Source of the DNA: an uncultured Porphyromonadaceae bacterium
Lineage (GTDB): Bacteria > Bacteroidota > Bacteroidia > Bacteroidales > Muribaculaceae
Length of the DNA: 64,000 bases
Assembly (NCBI GenBank): GCA_947427285.1
Contig: CANEHE010000005.1
Coordinates: 26,156-90,155, forward strand
Direction of reading: 5' to 3'
Positions 18,800 through 28,846 of this stretch are shown here, one piece after another (position 1 is the stretch's first letter; the number at the start of each line of letters is the position of its first letter). Position numbers and translations under genes: made by a program. Below the pieces are notes generated by a model, which was not told the origin of the DNA, made no database searches, and saw nothing but the letters and a program-made list of their open reading frames with translations.

Positions 18800-19062
18800 C
18801 TTAATTTGATATGTCCGCGCATTTATTGCGCACCGCAAATTTAGTACAAATTTTTGAAATACACAAATGTAATTTCAAAACCAATATCCACGCAACTATT
18901 TCATTTGTCGCCATTTTTCTCTCTGCCTATAAAGTACACTATTAGCACCCGATGTTTTCCAAATATTACTGATAATCAGCCGATTTGCACAATTTAGAAA
19001 TATTTGCTAATTTTGTATTCAGGACTAGGGCCATCTTTTATATATTCAAGATTATCTGAAAA

Positions 19063-20586
19063 ATGAGATTGAAAACCATATTAGTTTCACTGCTTCTTTT
19101 CGCTTCGGCAACATCATTTATATCCGCAATGGCTGCCGGTATTCCAAATCCGAAGCGGGAATTCCGGGGGGCATGGCTTCATGTGATCGGACAGTCGCAG
19201 TGGCAGAACAAATCGACCGCACAAGCCAAACAATATATCATTGACCAGTTTGACAAACTTTCTGACGCGGGATGCAATGCCGTGATTTTTCAGGTGCGTC
19301 CCACAGCCGACGCGCTTTATGAATCGGACCTGGAACCCTGGTCGGCATGGCTCACCGGTAAAAGAGGAAAAGCCCCTTCTCCGTCATGGGACCCGATGGC
19401 ATACGCCATCGAGGAAGCGCACCGACGGGGAATGGAGTTTCATGCGTGGCTCAACCCTTATCGTGTGACATCATCGCCAAAGGATGTATTGCCGTCATCA
19501 CACGACGCCAACCGACATCCCGAACGATATGTCAGATTCAACGGACAGACATTTTTCGACCCTGCATATCAGGAAAACAGAGATTTCATCTGCAAAGTAA
19601 TTGACGACATCACAAAACGGTATGATGTTGATGCTATCCATATCGACGATTATTTCTATCCCTATCCTGCGGGTGGAAAGAAATTCGATGCCGATCAGGC
19701 CAGCTACGCTAAATTCGGAAACGGGATGAACAAAGGTGACTGGCGGCGACACAATGTGGATTTGCTGATAGAGCAGATTCACAAGACTATTAAAACCCGA
19801 AAGCCGTGGGTTCGTTTCGGTGTAAGTCCGTTCGGTATCTGGCGCAATAAAAGCTGCGATCCGAGAGGCAGTCAAAGTTCCGGTCTTCAAAATTATGACG
19901 ACCTGTATGCCGATGTACTTCTGTGGGCAAAAAAAGGTTGGATAGACTATATGGCTCCCCAGCTCTACTGGAACCTCGACACCAAGGCTGCTCCAAGCCG
20001 CACGCTTGCCAAGTGGTGGAATGACAATGCCAATGGTGTAGACGTGTATATCGGTCAGGATGTGAAACGGACGATGGATGTGGCCGATCCGCGTAACCAC
20101 GACAAAAATGAACTCGACACCAAAGTACGTCTGTCGCGCGAACTCCCTAATGTGCAGGGCAATGTATGGTGGCATGGATATTGGGTGACAGGCAATTATA
20201 AAGGAGCAGCCGATTCGCTTGCACTGAAATATCAATCCACGATTGCCCTGCCGCCTGTGTATGGCAATCCGGACGTGACGCCGAAAGCCCCCGACGGTCT
20301 GCATCTTGAAAAACGCGACGGCAAAATTTTTCTGTCATGGCATGCGCCTGAAACGGGACAGAAACCTGTTGCAACCGATGCAATCCGTTTTGTAGTATAT
20401 CAGTTTTACAAAGGAGAGAAACCGGATATTAATGACTCCCAGACCATCATTGCTCTTACACCATATACAAACGTGCTGATCACAGAGGAGGGAATCCATG
20501 TCGACCTGAAAGGACATACCTTTTATGTGACCTCACTCGACAGGATGAACCGGGAATCAGCACCCGCTGTTTATACAGTAAAATGA
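19063..20586 (+). CDS. Glycoside hydrolase family 10-like (GHL10; YddW/DigH-like) with C-terminal FnIII-like domain
   Basis: REFRGAW, FQVRPTADALY, HAWLNPYR, IHIDDYFYPYP, GVSPFGIWRN, PQLYW motifs. Confidence 0.9.
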   Translation: MRLKTILVSLLLFASATSFISAMAAGIPNPKREFRGAWLHVIGQSQWQNKSTAQAKQYIIDQFDKLSDAGCNAVIFQVRPTADALYESDLEPWSAWLTGKRGKAPSPSWDPMAYAIEEAHRRGMEFHAWLNPYRVTSSPKDVLPSSHDANRHPERYVRFNGQTFFDPAYQENRDFICKVIDDITKRYDVDAIHIDDYFYPYPAGGKKFDADQASYAKFGNGMNKGDWRRHNVDLLIEQIHKTIKTRKPWVRFGVSPFGIWRNKSCDPRGSQSSGLQNYDDLYADVLLWAKKGWIDYMAPQLYWNLDTKAAPSRTLAKWWNDNANGVDVYIGQDVKRTMDVADPRNHDKNELDTKVRLSRELPNVQGNVWWHGYWVTGNYKGAADSLALKYQSTIALPPVYGNPDVTPKAPDGLHLEKRDGKIFLSWHAPETGQKPVATDAIRFVVYQFYKGEKPDINDSQTIIALTPYTNVLITEEGIHVDLKGHTFYVTSLDRMNRESAPAVYTVK

Positions 20587-20593
20587 TTCTCTA

Positions 20594-21205
20594 ATGAAAA
20601 GATTTCTTATTGCATTTCTCAGCGTGCTGGCCTTTCTTCCACAGGCCGGCGCGCAAGGTTTTTTAGATAGTTTCGAACGTGCATTGGATAAACTGACAGG
20701 CAACGAGTCAGAAACAATCTCTTTCAAAAATATCAAAGGTAGATCTTACGGTGCGAACCCCGGACTCGCGATGACATGCAGGGAAGCGGGCGTGAAAGGA
20801 AATACCGGATTTCTACTGATTACTTTTGCCGCTACGGGTGATACGGTAAAGAATGTGGTGATGTCATCCTCAGATCCTACAGCCTCGCTACGTCTCAACA
20901 ATCCTCAGATAGCTGATTCGACAGCGACATTTACCGTGTCTCCTTCTTACCTTCCTTTAGGGGACAAACGCAGTAAAAAACCTCTTCCAGAAAAGAATGA
21001 GTTATTCAGTATCGGAACTCCGACAGTCAACTTGACTGTCCCGGCCGGAGAGATGGTGGATGTGATGGTGACTTACTATGATTTCCCAAAAAAGGTGAAC
21101 AAGATAGAACGTGTGGATGTGCAGATGAAGCAAATGCAACCCGAAGGCGGAGACCGGTATTTCGGATTCACACTCGACAATATCCCTCTGACACGTAAGA
21201 AATAA
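20594..21205 (+). CDS. Secreted hypothetical protein
   Basis: Signal peptide (AGA-QG), 7 bp after GHL10 gene. Confidence 0.65.
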   Translation: MKRFLIAFLSVLAFLPQAGAQGFLDSFERALDKLTGNESETISFKNIKGRSYGANPGLAMTCREAGVKGNTGFLLITFAATGDTVKNVVMSSSDPTASLRLNNPQIADSTATFTVSPSYLPLGDKRSKKPLPEKNELFSIGTPTVNLTVPAGEMVDVMVTYYDFPKKVNKIERVDVQMKQMQPEGGDRYFGFTLDNIPLTRKK

Positions 21206-21220
21206 GAAGTTATAAAAACA

Positions 21221-21262
21221 AAGTCGGCCCTTGTTGTTTTCAGTACAATCAAGGGCCGACTT
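21221..21262. terminator. Bidirectional terminator hairpin
   Basis: aagtcggcccttg / caagggccgactt 13-bp stem between convergent genes. Confidence 0.75.
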
Positions 21263-21278
21263 CATATAATTAAGTCTA

Positions 21279-22100
21279 TCATTCCTCTTTCTTTTTACGG
21301 CTACGGGTAGTTTTCGTCGGCTTGGCCACCTCCTCCTGAGGCTGCTCCACCCCTGCAAGCACACCGTCTATCATGATACGTCCGCAATACTCGCAGACTA
21401 TGATCTTTTTGTGCATCTTGATCTCAAGACGCCGCTGAGGAGGTATGCGGTTAAAGCATCCGCCGCATGCTCCACGCTGCACGGTCACGATACCGAGACC
21501 ATTATGGGCATTCTTGCGTATGCGCTTGAAAGCAGCCAACGTGTATGAGTCAATCAGAGGTTCAAGAGCCTTGGCCTGCTCACGGATGTTCTCCTCCTCC
21601 TGACGGGTCTCGGAAACGATTTCCTCCAGTTCACGGCGTTTCTCTTCCAGAATATGCTCGTTGTCGGCCAATTCATCCTTAGCGACCGCTATGTCGGCCT
21701 TTTTCTGTTCCTGTCTGGCCTGAGCCTCCCGGATGTTTTTCTCAGCAAGCTCGATTTCAAGGCTTTCAAACTCCCTTTCTTTCTCAAGAAAAGCATATTC
21801 ACGGTTGTTGCGGACATTATTTATCTGGTCCTCGTATTTCTCAATCTTTCCCTTGCGCTCGGCTATCTCACCGTTTTTCTGATTGACAAAAGCCTTCAGA
21901 TCCGCAATCTCCTCCTTGAGATTCTGTATACGTGTCTGATAACGCACAATCTCATCTTCAAGATCCTTCACCTCATGGGGAAGCTCTCCACGCAGTATCT
22001 TGATGCGGTCTATCTCAGACAAAAGTGTCTGCAGCTGGAAGAGTGCTTTGAGACGTTCCTCCACGCTTCTCTCTTTTTCGTTTTTCTTATCGGTTGCCAT
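21279..22100 (-). CDS. C4-type zinc-ribbon coiled-coil protein (DUF164)
   Basis: Long coiled coil, ACGGCFNRIPPQ...VCEYCGRI. Confidence 0.9.
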   Translation of the reverse strand: MATDKKNEKERSVEERLKALFQLQTLLSEIDRIKILRGELPHEVKDLEDEIVRYQTRIQNLKEEIADLKAFVNQKNGEIAERKGKIEKYEDQINNVRNNREYAFLEKEREFESLEIELAEKNIREAQARQEQKKADIAVAKDELADNEHILEEKRRELEEIVSETRQEEENIREQAKALEPLIDSYTLAAFKRIRKNAHNGLGIVTVQRGACGGCFNRIPPQRRLEIKMHKKIIVCEYCGRIMIDGVLAGVEQPQEEVAKPTKTTRSRKKKEE

Positions 22101-22160
22101 ATATGATAATTATCTTTTTTCTATAATTGGACTATTGTCATCCGGAGATAAAATCTCCTG

Positions 22161-22967
22161 TCAAAGATATGCGACTGGATTTCGGTCTGTCTGCGAGAAC
22201 AGAGCCTGACAATCGGGGAAACTCTCCCGGATGATACGCGAAAGTATTTTTCGCGCACAAAGCTCGCTTTCGTAATGACCGATGTCAGCGATCAATATTC
22301 TGTCGGAATTATCCGTAAAATCATGATATTTCACATCTGCAGTCACTATCGCGTCCGCATGCTCCGCGATAGCCTTTCTGATAAACGACGCCCCGGAACC
22401 TCCGCAAAGAGCTACCTTACGGATGACAAGATGCGGGGAAGCAGCCGAATAACGCAGACACTTTACATCGAAATCCTCCTTCACCCGACGCAGAAATTCG
22501 ATGGCAGGCACCGGTTTTATATTGCCGATGATTCCGAGACCCTCATATTCCGAATCCGGACGGGGTTCCAATGGCCGCAGATCCTCAAGCCCGAGAATAT
22601 GCGCCATCTCATAACTCACGCCGTCTCTGGCCGAGTCCAGATTGGTGTGTGCCGAATAAATCGCAATTCCGTCACGCAAAGCTCCGATCACTATCCTCTG
22701 GGCCGGAGTAGCACCCGTCAGTTCTTTCAATCCCCTGAAAAGAAGAGGATGATGGCTGACTATAAGGTTACACTTTCGTTCCCGGGCCTCCTGAAGCACC
22801 TGTTCAGTGACGTCAAGACATAACAGAACACCGGTGACATGTTGGTCCGGACTGCCAACCTGAAGACCGACATTGTCATAGTCCTCCTGAAGTCTTTTGG
22901 GAGCGAAGCGTTCTATAGCCTCCGCGACAGAAGTCACTGTCGGCTGGATCTTACTTTCCTTTCTCAT
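22161..22967 (-). CDS. Nif3-like dinuclear metal-centre protein
   Basis: DNVGLQVG, HHPLLF, AHTNLD, ALCGGSG, DIGHYESE motifs. Confidence 0.92.
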   Translation of the reverse strand: MRKESKIQPTVTSVAEAIERFAPKRLQEDYDNVGLQVGSPDQHVTGVLLCLDVTEQVLQEARERKCNLIVSHHPLLFRGLKELTGATPAQRIVIGALRDGIAIYSAHTNLDSARDGVSYEMAHILGLEDLRPLEPRPDSEYEGLGIIGNIKPVPAIEFLRRVKEDFDVKCLRYSAASPHLVIRKVALCGGSGASFIRKAIAEHADAIVTADVKYHDFTDNSDRILIADIGHYESELCARKILSRIIRESFPDCQALFSQTDRNPVAYL

Positions 22968-22991
22968 CCCTTATGAGAACGCCAATGGTGT

Positions 22992-24755
22992 TCAGTTTTC
23001 CTTATCCGACATCTCCACTTTCAGACACAGCTCGTCAAGTTGTGCCTGATCGATTACAGACGGAGACTCATTCATCACATCGCGTCCGGAATTGTTCTTC
23101 GGGAAAGCGATCACATCGCGGATTGTGTCGAGACCGGCGAGTATCGACACAAAACGGTCGAACCCAAGAGCGAGACCTCCATGAGGAGGAGCACCATATT
23201 TGAAAGCATTCATCAGGAAACCGAACTGTTCCATGGCCTTTTCCTGAGTAAAGCCAAGAAGCTCAAACATCGTGTCCTGAAGAGCGGCGTCATGTATACG
23301 GATGGAGCCTCCACCCAGCTCCGTACCGTTGACCACGATATCGTATGCCGTGGCACGCACCTTCCCGGTGTCAGTGTGCAGCAACGGGATGTCTTCCGGA
23401 TTGGGTGAAGTGAAAGGATGATGCATGGCATAATAACGCTGGGTCTCCTCATCCCATTCAAAGAGCGGGAAATCGATCACCCACAAAGGAGCGAAATTAT
23501 TCTTGTCGCGAAGACCGAGGCGTTCTCCCATCTCAAGCCGAAGCTCACAAAGCTGTTTGCGGGTCTTCATAGCCTCGCCGCTCATGATAAGCATCAGATC
23601 GCCGGGACGTGCTTCCATTTTTCCAGCCCAGTCACGAAGCTCATCTTCGGAGAAGAACTTCCCTACCGAACTCTTGACACTGCCGTCGGCTTCGATTTTC
23701 ACCCATACAAGACCTTTGGCTCCTATCTGTGGACGCTTCACGAAATCAGTCAGCTGGTCAATCTGCTTGCGGGTATATGTGGCACATCCGGGTGCGACAA
23801 TACCCACAGTCAGTTCCGCATCGTCCATAACCGCGAATCCTTTCCCTTTCACCATCTCTGTCAGTTCCACGAAAGGCATTCCGAAACGGATATCCGGCTT
23901 GTCACTGCCGTACAGGCGCATGGCATCGTTCCATGTCATACGGGGGAACGAGTCGCTGAAATCAATCCCCTTCACATATTTGAAGATATGTTTCACCAGA
24001 CCCTCAAACATCTCAATCACATCTTCCTGATCCACAAAACTCATTTCGCAGTCAATCTGAGTGAACTCCGGCTGCCTGTCGGCACGGAGATCCTCATCGC
24101 GGAAACATTTCGCAATCTGGAAATACCTGTCATAACCGCTCACCATCAGGAGCTGTTTGAACAACTGGGGACTCTGCGGAAGAGCATAAAACTCTCCGGG
24201 ATTCATACGCGAGGGAACGACAAAGTCACGCGCCCCCTCTGGAGTGGACTTCACCAGAATCGGGGTCTCGATTTCGAGGAACCCCTTTGAGTCAAGATAA
24301 CGGCGTATCTCAAACGCCATACGGTGGCGGAGTTCAAGATTGCGGCGCACGCAGGGACGACGCAAGTCAAGATAACGGTACTTCATCCGAAGGTCATCCC
24401 CTCCGTCCGTATTGTCCTCGATAGTGAAAGGAGGAATATCACTCTTGTTGAGTACAGTCAAGCCATCAGCATAAATCTCAATATCTCCGGTAGGGATATT
24501 GTGATTTTTACTGGTACGCTCCTCTACCCGGCCTGTCACCTGCACCACAAACTCTCTGCCGAGTCCGTTCGCAGCCTCACAAAGTTCCGGATTGATTTCC
24601 TGGTTGAAAACTATCTGGGTTATACCGTAGCGGTCACGAAGGTCGACAAACGTCATACCTCCCATCTTACGGCTTCGCTGCACCCATCCGGCAAGCTTCA
24701 CATGTTCGCCGGCATTGTCCAGACGGAGTTCTCCGCATGTCCTGTCTCTATACAT
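22992..24755 (-). CDS. aspS: Aspartate--tRNA ligase
   Basis: [53 protein letters not shown]. Confidence 0.97.
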   Translation of the reverse strand: MYRDRTCGELRLDNAGEHVKLAGWVQRSRKMGGMTFVDLRDRYGITQIVFNQEINPELCEAANGLGREFVVQVTGRVEERTSKNHNIPTGDIEIYADGLTVLNKSDIPPFTIEDNTDGGDDLRMKYRYLDLRRPCVRRNLELRHRMAFEIRRYLDSKGFLEIETPILVKSTPEGARDFVVPSRMNPGEFYALPQSPQLFKQLLMVSGYDRYFQIAKCFRDEDLRADRQPEFTQIDCEMSFVDQEDVIEMFEGLVKHIFKYVKGIDFSDSFPRMTWNDAMRLYGSDKPDIRFGMPFVELTEMVKGKGFAVMDDAELTVGIVAPGCATYTRKQIDQLTDFVKRPQIGAKGLVWVKIEADGSVKSSVGKFFSEDELRDWAGKMEARPGDLMLIMSGEAMKTRKQLCELRLEMGERLGLRDKNNFAPLWVIDFPLFEWDEETQRYYAMHHPFTSPNPEDIPLLHTDTGKVRATAYDIVVNGTELGGGSIRIHDAALQDTMFELLGFTQEKAMEQFGFLMNAFKYGAPPHGGLALGFDRFVSILAGLDTIRDVIAFPKNNSGRDVMNESPSVIDQAQLDELCLKVEMSDKEN

Positions 24756-24836
24756 AAGTGATATCTATACTTTTCCCGGACACCGACAGACAAAACCGAA
24801 AAGTGTCCGACAGGGATTATATGTAAAAACACAATT

Positions 24837-24907
24837 ACTCCATCCGCACCTGCGCTGCTTTCCCCGGATCAGTTCGACAGGGTCCGCTTCGCTTTTACAG
24901 ACAGAGT
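24837..24907 (-). ncRNA. Long hairpin with partial resemblance to small SRP (4.5S) RNA, or aspS leader
   Basis: Promoter TATCTTTG just upstream; 12-bp ACUCUGUCUGUA/UGCGGAUGGAGU stem; GAAC..UCCGG..AGCAGC motif but non-canonical helix 8. Confidence 0.3.
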
Positions 24908-25009
24908 CATTCTTTTCAGACTGCAAAGATACGAAGAATTATCGATTCCCCGTATCTTTGCGGCACAAATTATTTTATAATCTGCATGAACAAATTTCTT
25001 AATCGCGGA

Positions 25010-26695
25010 TCAGTCGGTCAGCTTGCGATAACGGATACGGTGAGGTGTCTCGTTCCCGTCGCGTTTGCGCCGGTATTCCTCATAATCGGAATAGGAACCT
25101 TCATAATAAGTGACTTTACTATCTCCCTCAAATGCCAGGATGTGAGTGGCAATCCTGTCGAGAAACCAACGGTCATGGCTGACTACAACCGCACATCCGG
25201 CAAAATTCTCCAATCCCTCTTCAAGAGCACGGAGGGTATTGACATCAATATCATTGGTAGGTTCGTCAAGCAGAAGCACGTTGCCCTCTTCCTTAAGTGC
25301 CATTGCAAGGTGCAGACGGTTGCGTTCGCCACCCGAAAGCACACCGATTTTCTTCTCCTGATCGGCACCGGTGAAGTTGAACTTCGAAAGATAAGCACGC
25401 GCATTCATGTCGCGGCCGCCCATACGGAATGACTCCACTCCTTGGGAGATAACTTCATACACTGTCTTTTCCGGAGACAGGTCTTTGTGCGTCTGATCCA
25501 CATACGCCACCTTTACAGTCTCCCCTACCTCAAACTCACCACGGTCCTGATTCTCCAGACCCATTATAAGTTTGAACAGAGTGGTTTTTCCAGCACCGTT
25601 CGGACCTATTACCCCTACTATACCATTTGGAGGAAGCATGAAATTGAGGTCAGTGAAAAGAGCCTTGTCTCCATACGCTTTCGCCACATGTATGGCCTCG
25701 ATGACCTTGTTGCCGAGACGCGGACCATTGGGGATGAAAATTTCCAGTTTCTCCTCCCTCTGCTTCTGGTCTTCATTGAGAAGGCGGTCGTAACTGGCAA
25801 GACGGGCTTTACCTTTGGCCTGGCGGGCTTTGGGAGCCATCCGCACCCATTCAAGTTCCCGTTCAAGAGTCTTGCGCCGTTTCGACGCCTGCTTCTCCTC
25901 CTGAGCCATCCGTTTGGTCTTCTGGTCAAGCCAGGAAGAATAGTTGCCTTTCCAGGGGATACCCTCTCCCCGGTCAAGCTCAAGTATCCATCCGGCCACA
26001 TGATCCAGAAAATAACGGTCGTGTGTGACAGCGATCACAGTGCCGGGATATTGCTGCAGATGCTGTTCAAGCCAATCGATAGACTCGGCATCAAGATGGT
26101 TGGTCGGTTCGTCGAGAAGAAGCACATCAGGCTGTTGGAGGAGCAACCGGCATAAAGCCACTCTACGGCGTTCACCACCAGAGAGAGTCGATATTTTCTG
26201 GTCATCCGGCGGACATCTCAAGGCATCCATGGCCCGCTCCAACTTATTATCTATATTCCAGGCGTCAGCAGCATCAAGTTTGTCCTGAAGCTCAGACTGA
26301 CGATTGATAAGAGCATCCATCTTCTCCGGATTCTCCAGTACTTCCGGATCAGCAAAGGCATTGTTGACCTCATCGTACTCCTTAAGGAGATCCATTATAG
26401 GCTTTACTCCCTCACGCACAATCTCGACCACAGTCTTGTCCGGGTCAAGTTTCGGGTCCTGCTCAAGATACCCCACGGAATAACCCGGTGAGAATACCAC
26501 ATTGCCCTGATACTCCTTATCGATACCGGCTATGATTTTCATCAGCGTCGACTTACCGGAACCGTTCAGACCTATTATGCCTATCTTGGCACCATAGAAG
26601 AATGATAGGTAGATGTTCTTGAGAATCTGTCGCTGCGGCGGAATGATCTTACTGACTCCCACCATCGAGAAGATTATTTTCTTATCGTCTGCCAT
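25010..26695 (-). CDS. ettA: Energy-dependent translational throttle ABC-F protein
   Basis: Two ABC domains without TM, GAKIGIIGLNGSGKST, LSGGERRRV, ARQAKGKARL. Confidence 0.93.
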   Translation of the reverse strand: MADDKKIIFSMVGVSKIIPPQRQILKNIYLSFFYGAKIGIIGLNGSGKSTLMKIIAGIDKEYQGNVVFSPGYSVGYLEQDPKLDPDKTVVEIVREGVKPIMDLLKEYDEVNNAFADPEVLENPEKMDALINRQSELQDKLDAADAWNIDNKLERAMDALRCPPDDQKISTLSGGERRRVALCRLLLQQPDVLLLDEPTNHLDAESIDWLEQHLQQYPGTVIAVTHDRYFLDHVAGWILELDRGEGIPWKGNYSSWLDQKTKRMAQEEKQASKRRKTLERELEWVRMAPKARQAKGKARLASYDRLLNEDQKQREEKLEIFIPNGPRLGNKVIEAIHVAKAYGDKALFTDLNFMLPPNGIVGVIGPNGAGKTTLFKLIMGLENQDRGEFEVGETVKVAYVDQTHKDLSPEKTVYEVISQGVESFRMGGRDMNARAYLSKFNFTGADQEKKIGVLSGGERNRLHLAMALKEEGNVLLLDEPTNDIDVNTLRALEEGLENFAGCAVVVSHDRWFLDRIATHILAFEGDSKVTYYEGSYSDYEEYRRKRDGNETPHRIRYRKLTD

Positions 26696-26788
26696 ATTGA
26701 ATATAATTACGTAGATAGAGCCGGAAAGCCCTGTGAGGCAATCCGGCCCGCGAAATTAGTCAAAAAATACGAAAGCGGCAAATCGGGA

Positions 26789-27889
26789 TTATTTCCCCAT
26801 CAACTTGGCAAGAGTCTCATAGAAGGCAGGATCCTCTCCAGATGTGATGTTCATTATCTTTCCTTCCGGATTTACAATGATTTTTGTAGGAAAACCCTGC
26901 ACTCCATAAGCAGAGAGAAGGGCATCCTGTTTCTCTTTGGAAAGATATACATGCACCCAGGGAAGTTTATGCTTCTCCACGCCGGCACGCCAACGCTCAG
27001 GAGTTTCCTGACAGTCGATTCCGATCACTTCCAGTTCAGGTTTATATTTCTCGTAAGCACTCTTTAGCTCCGGGAAACCTTTGATGCACCATCCGCACCA
27101 TGATCCCCAGAAATCGAGTATCACCCATTTCCCTCTGAAATTGGAAAGACTCACTTCCTTCCCGTTAAGATCAGGAAGCGTGAATGCCGGAGCCTCAACA
27201 TGATTCGCCTCCATCTCGGCCCGCTTGCGGTCAGCCTCAAGCTGAGCCTTCACACTCTTGCGTTTCTGTTCAAACATAGGGTAGAGCGCACTGCCTGATG
27301 CAGTAGGCAAGACCATCGGCTCATACTTCTCAAAACTTTCAGGCTCAAGACTCAACATAGCAAAGACGGCAGCCGGAGAGGAGGGATTCTTCTCGATAAA
27401 ATCAGTATAGATCTTAACAAAACGTTCGAAAAGTCCCGGCATCTCACTCTGCGGACGTTTTCCTTCCTGAATATCCTTAGCCTCCATTTCAATAGGAAGA
27501 GCGGCTGTCATTATTTCCGACATACCATCCATAAGAGCCGTACCGGTGACAGTGTAACGGATAGGATTGAACTGCGTCACCTTCAACGTCAGATTCTCTC
27601 CGGGACGTGTATAGAAGTCAGCCGAATTATCCGAATTGAAATCTACACTGAACCGATAGTCTCCGTCTGCAGGGGTGGGAATGACAAAATCCTTCTTACC
27701 GGAGATGTCGACCGTATCACTCACAATCCGCAGATCGGATTTACTACGGGCACTCGCCAGATTCGCAATTGTGGCTCTCTGCACTATCACCGTTCCGGAC
27801 GGTGCCGGAGATGGAAACGATACATTGATATCAGCCGAGGCCGAGGCAATGGCCAGAACAGCCAGTGCGGGGGTCAATAGTTTTCTCAT
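26789..27889 (-). CDS. TlpA-family thiol-disulfide oxidoreductase, secreted
   Basis: Signal peptide; LDFWGSWCGWC and VQGFPTK thioredoxin motifs. Confidence 0.9.
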   Translation of the reverse strand: MRKLLTPALAVLAIASASADINVSFPSPAPSGTVIVQRATIANLASARSKSDLRIVSDTVDISGKKDFVIPTPADGDYRFSVDFNSDNSADFYTRPGENLTLKVTQFNPIRYTVTGTALMDGMSEIMTAALPIEMEAKDIQEGKRPQSEMPGLFERFVKIYTDFIEKNPSSPAAVFAMLSLEPESFEKYEPMVLPTASGSALYPMFEQKRKSVKAQLEADRKRAEMEANHVEAPAFTLPDLNGKEVSLSNFRGKWVILDFWGSWCGWCIKGFPELKSAYEKYKPELEVIGIDCQETPERWRAGVEKHKLPWVHVYLSKEKQDALLSAYGVQGFPTKIIVNPEGKIMNITSGEDPAFYETLAKLMGK

Positions 27890-27955
27890 ATCTTAATTTT
27901 TGAAGTTATATCTGTTATTATATTCAACGTTTGAGAAATAAAAAAGTATCTCTGT

Positions 27956-28846
27956 TCAAGACAGCCGGGAAAGCAACAGGTTTGTAAACTCATAATTTTT
28001 CAATCCCCATGAAGGTGCTTCCACCATTTCCGGAGGAGCTTGCGAAAGAAACCGTTCAATAGCAATCTCCCGTGGCACAAGCCGCACCACCCGACGACAA
28101 AAATCAACATATTCGTCAAGGTCAAGGACCTGTATGTCCGGAACTCCAGCTTTCCACTCACGCCAGAGAGGTGTTCCCTTTATCAACTGGAGCTGATGTA
28201 GTTTGAGAGAATCCACCGGCAGATGACACGCCCGCTCCACTGAGGCAAGTGCGTCATCAAGAGTTTCACCCGGCAGGCCGACGATCAGATGGAGTCCGCA
28301 TCTCAATCCTTCACCGGAGGCCCTCTCCACTGCCTCCACAGTCTGACGCCACGTATGTCCACGGTTGATACGCCGGAGTGTACGGTCAAAACTTGTCTCT
28401 GCTCCGAACTCCATGATTACAGGAGTAATCCGGTTAATCTCTCCGAGCATTGATGCGACAGGAGTCGGGAAACAGTCCGGTCTTGTCCCTATGATCACAC
28501 CTACCACTCCATCATGCGACACGACATCTTTCACAACACGCTCCATTTCCTCTACCGTCGTGCCGTGTGTGAAAGTGAATGCCTGAAAATAGACAAGATA
28601 TCGCATATACGGATACTTACGGCTGAAAAACGTCTTGCCACGTTCAATTTGCCTAGCAACCGACTCCGAATCCGAACAATATGATGGAACAAACGATCTG
28701 TTGTCACAATAAAGACATCCGCCCCGACCGATTGTACCATCCCGGTTGGGACAACTTCTACCGGCATCTACGGATATTTTCTGTACTTTTATCCCTGGAA
28801 AAATCCGGGAAAGATATTCCGAATAATCGGTATAATACGGATTCAT
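27956..28846 (-). CDS. TIGR01212 (YhcC-like) radical SAM protein
   Basis: CPNRDGTIGRGGCLYC, IGTRPDC, HLIVGLPGE. Confidence 0.9.
   Translation of the reverse strand: MNPYYTDYSEYLSRIFPGIKVQKISVDAGRSCPNRDGTIGRGGCLYCDNRSFVPSYCSDSESVARQIERGKTFFSRKYPYMRYLVYFQAFTFTHGTTVEEMERVVKDVVSHDGVVGVIIGTRPDCFPTPVASMLGEINRITPVIMEFGAETSFDRTLRRINRGHTWRQTVEAVERASGEGLRCGLHLIVGLPGETLDDALASVERACHLPVDSLKLHQLQLIKGTPLWREWKAGVPDIQVLDLDEYVDFCRRVVRLVPREIAIERFLSQAPPEMVEAPSWGLKNYEFTNLLLSRLS

Noticed and set aside
23418-24290. 290-aa plus-strand ORF (and similar shadows at 19498-20304, 25442-26155, 30789-31469)
   Set aside because: All lie entirely antisense to well-supported housekeeping genes.
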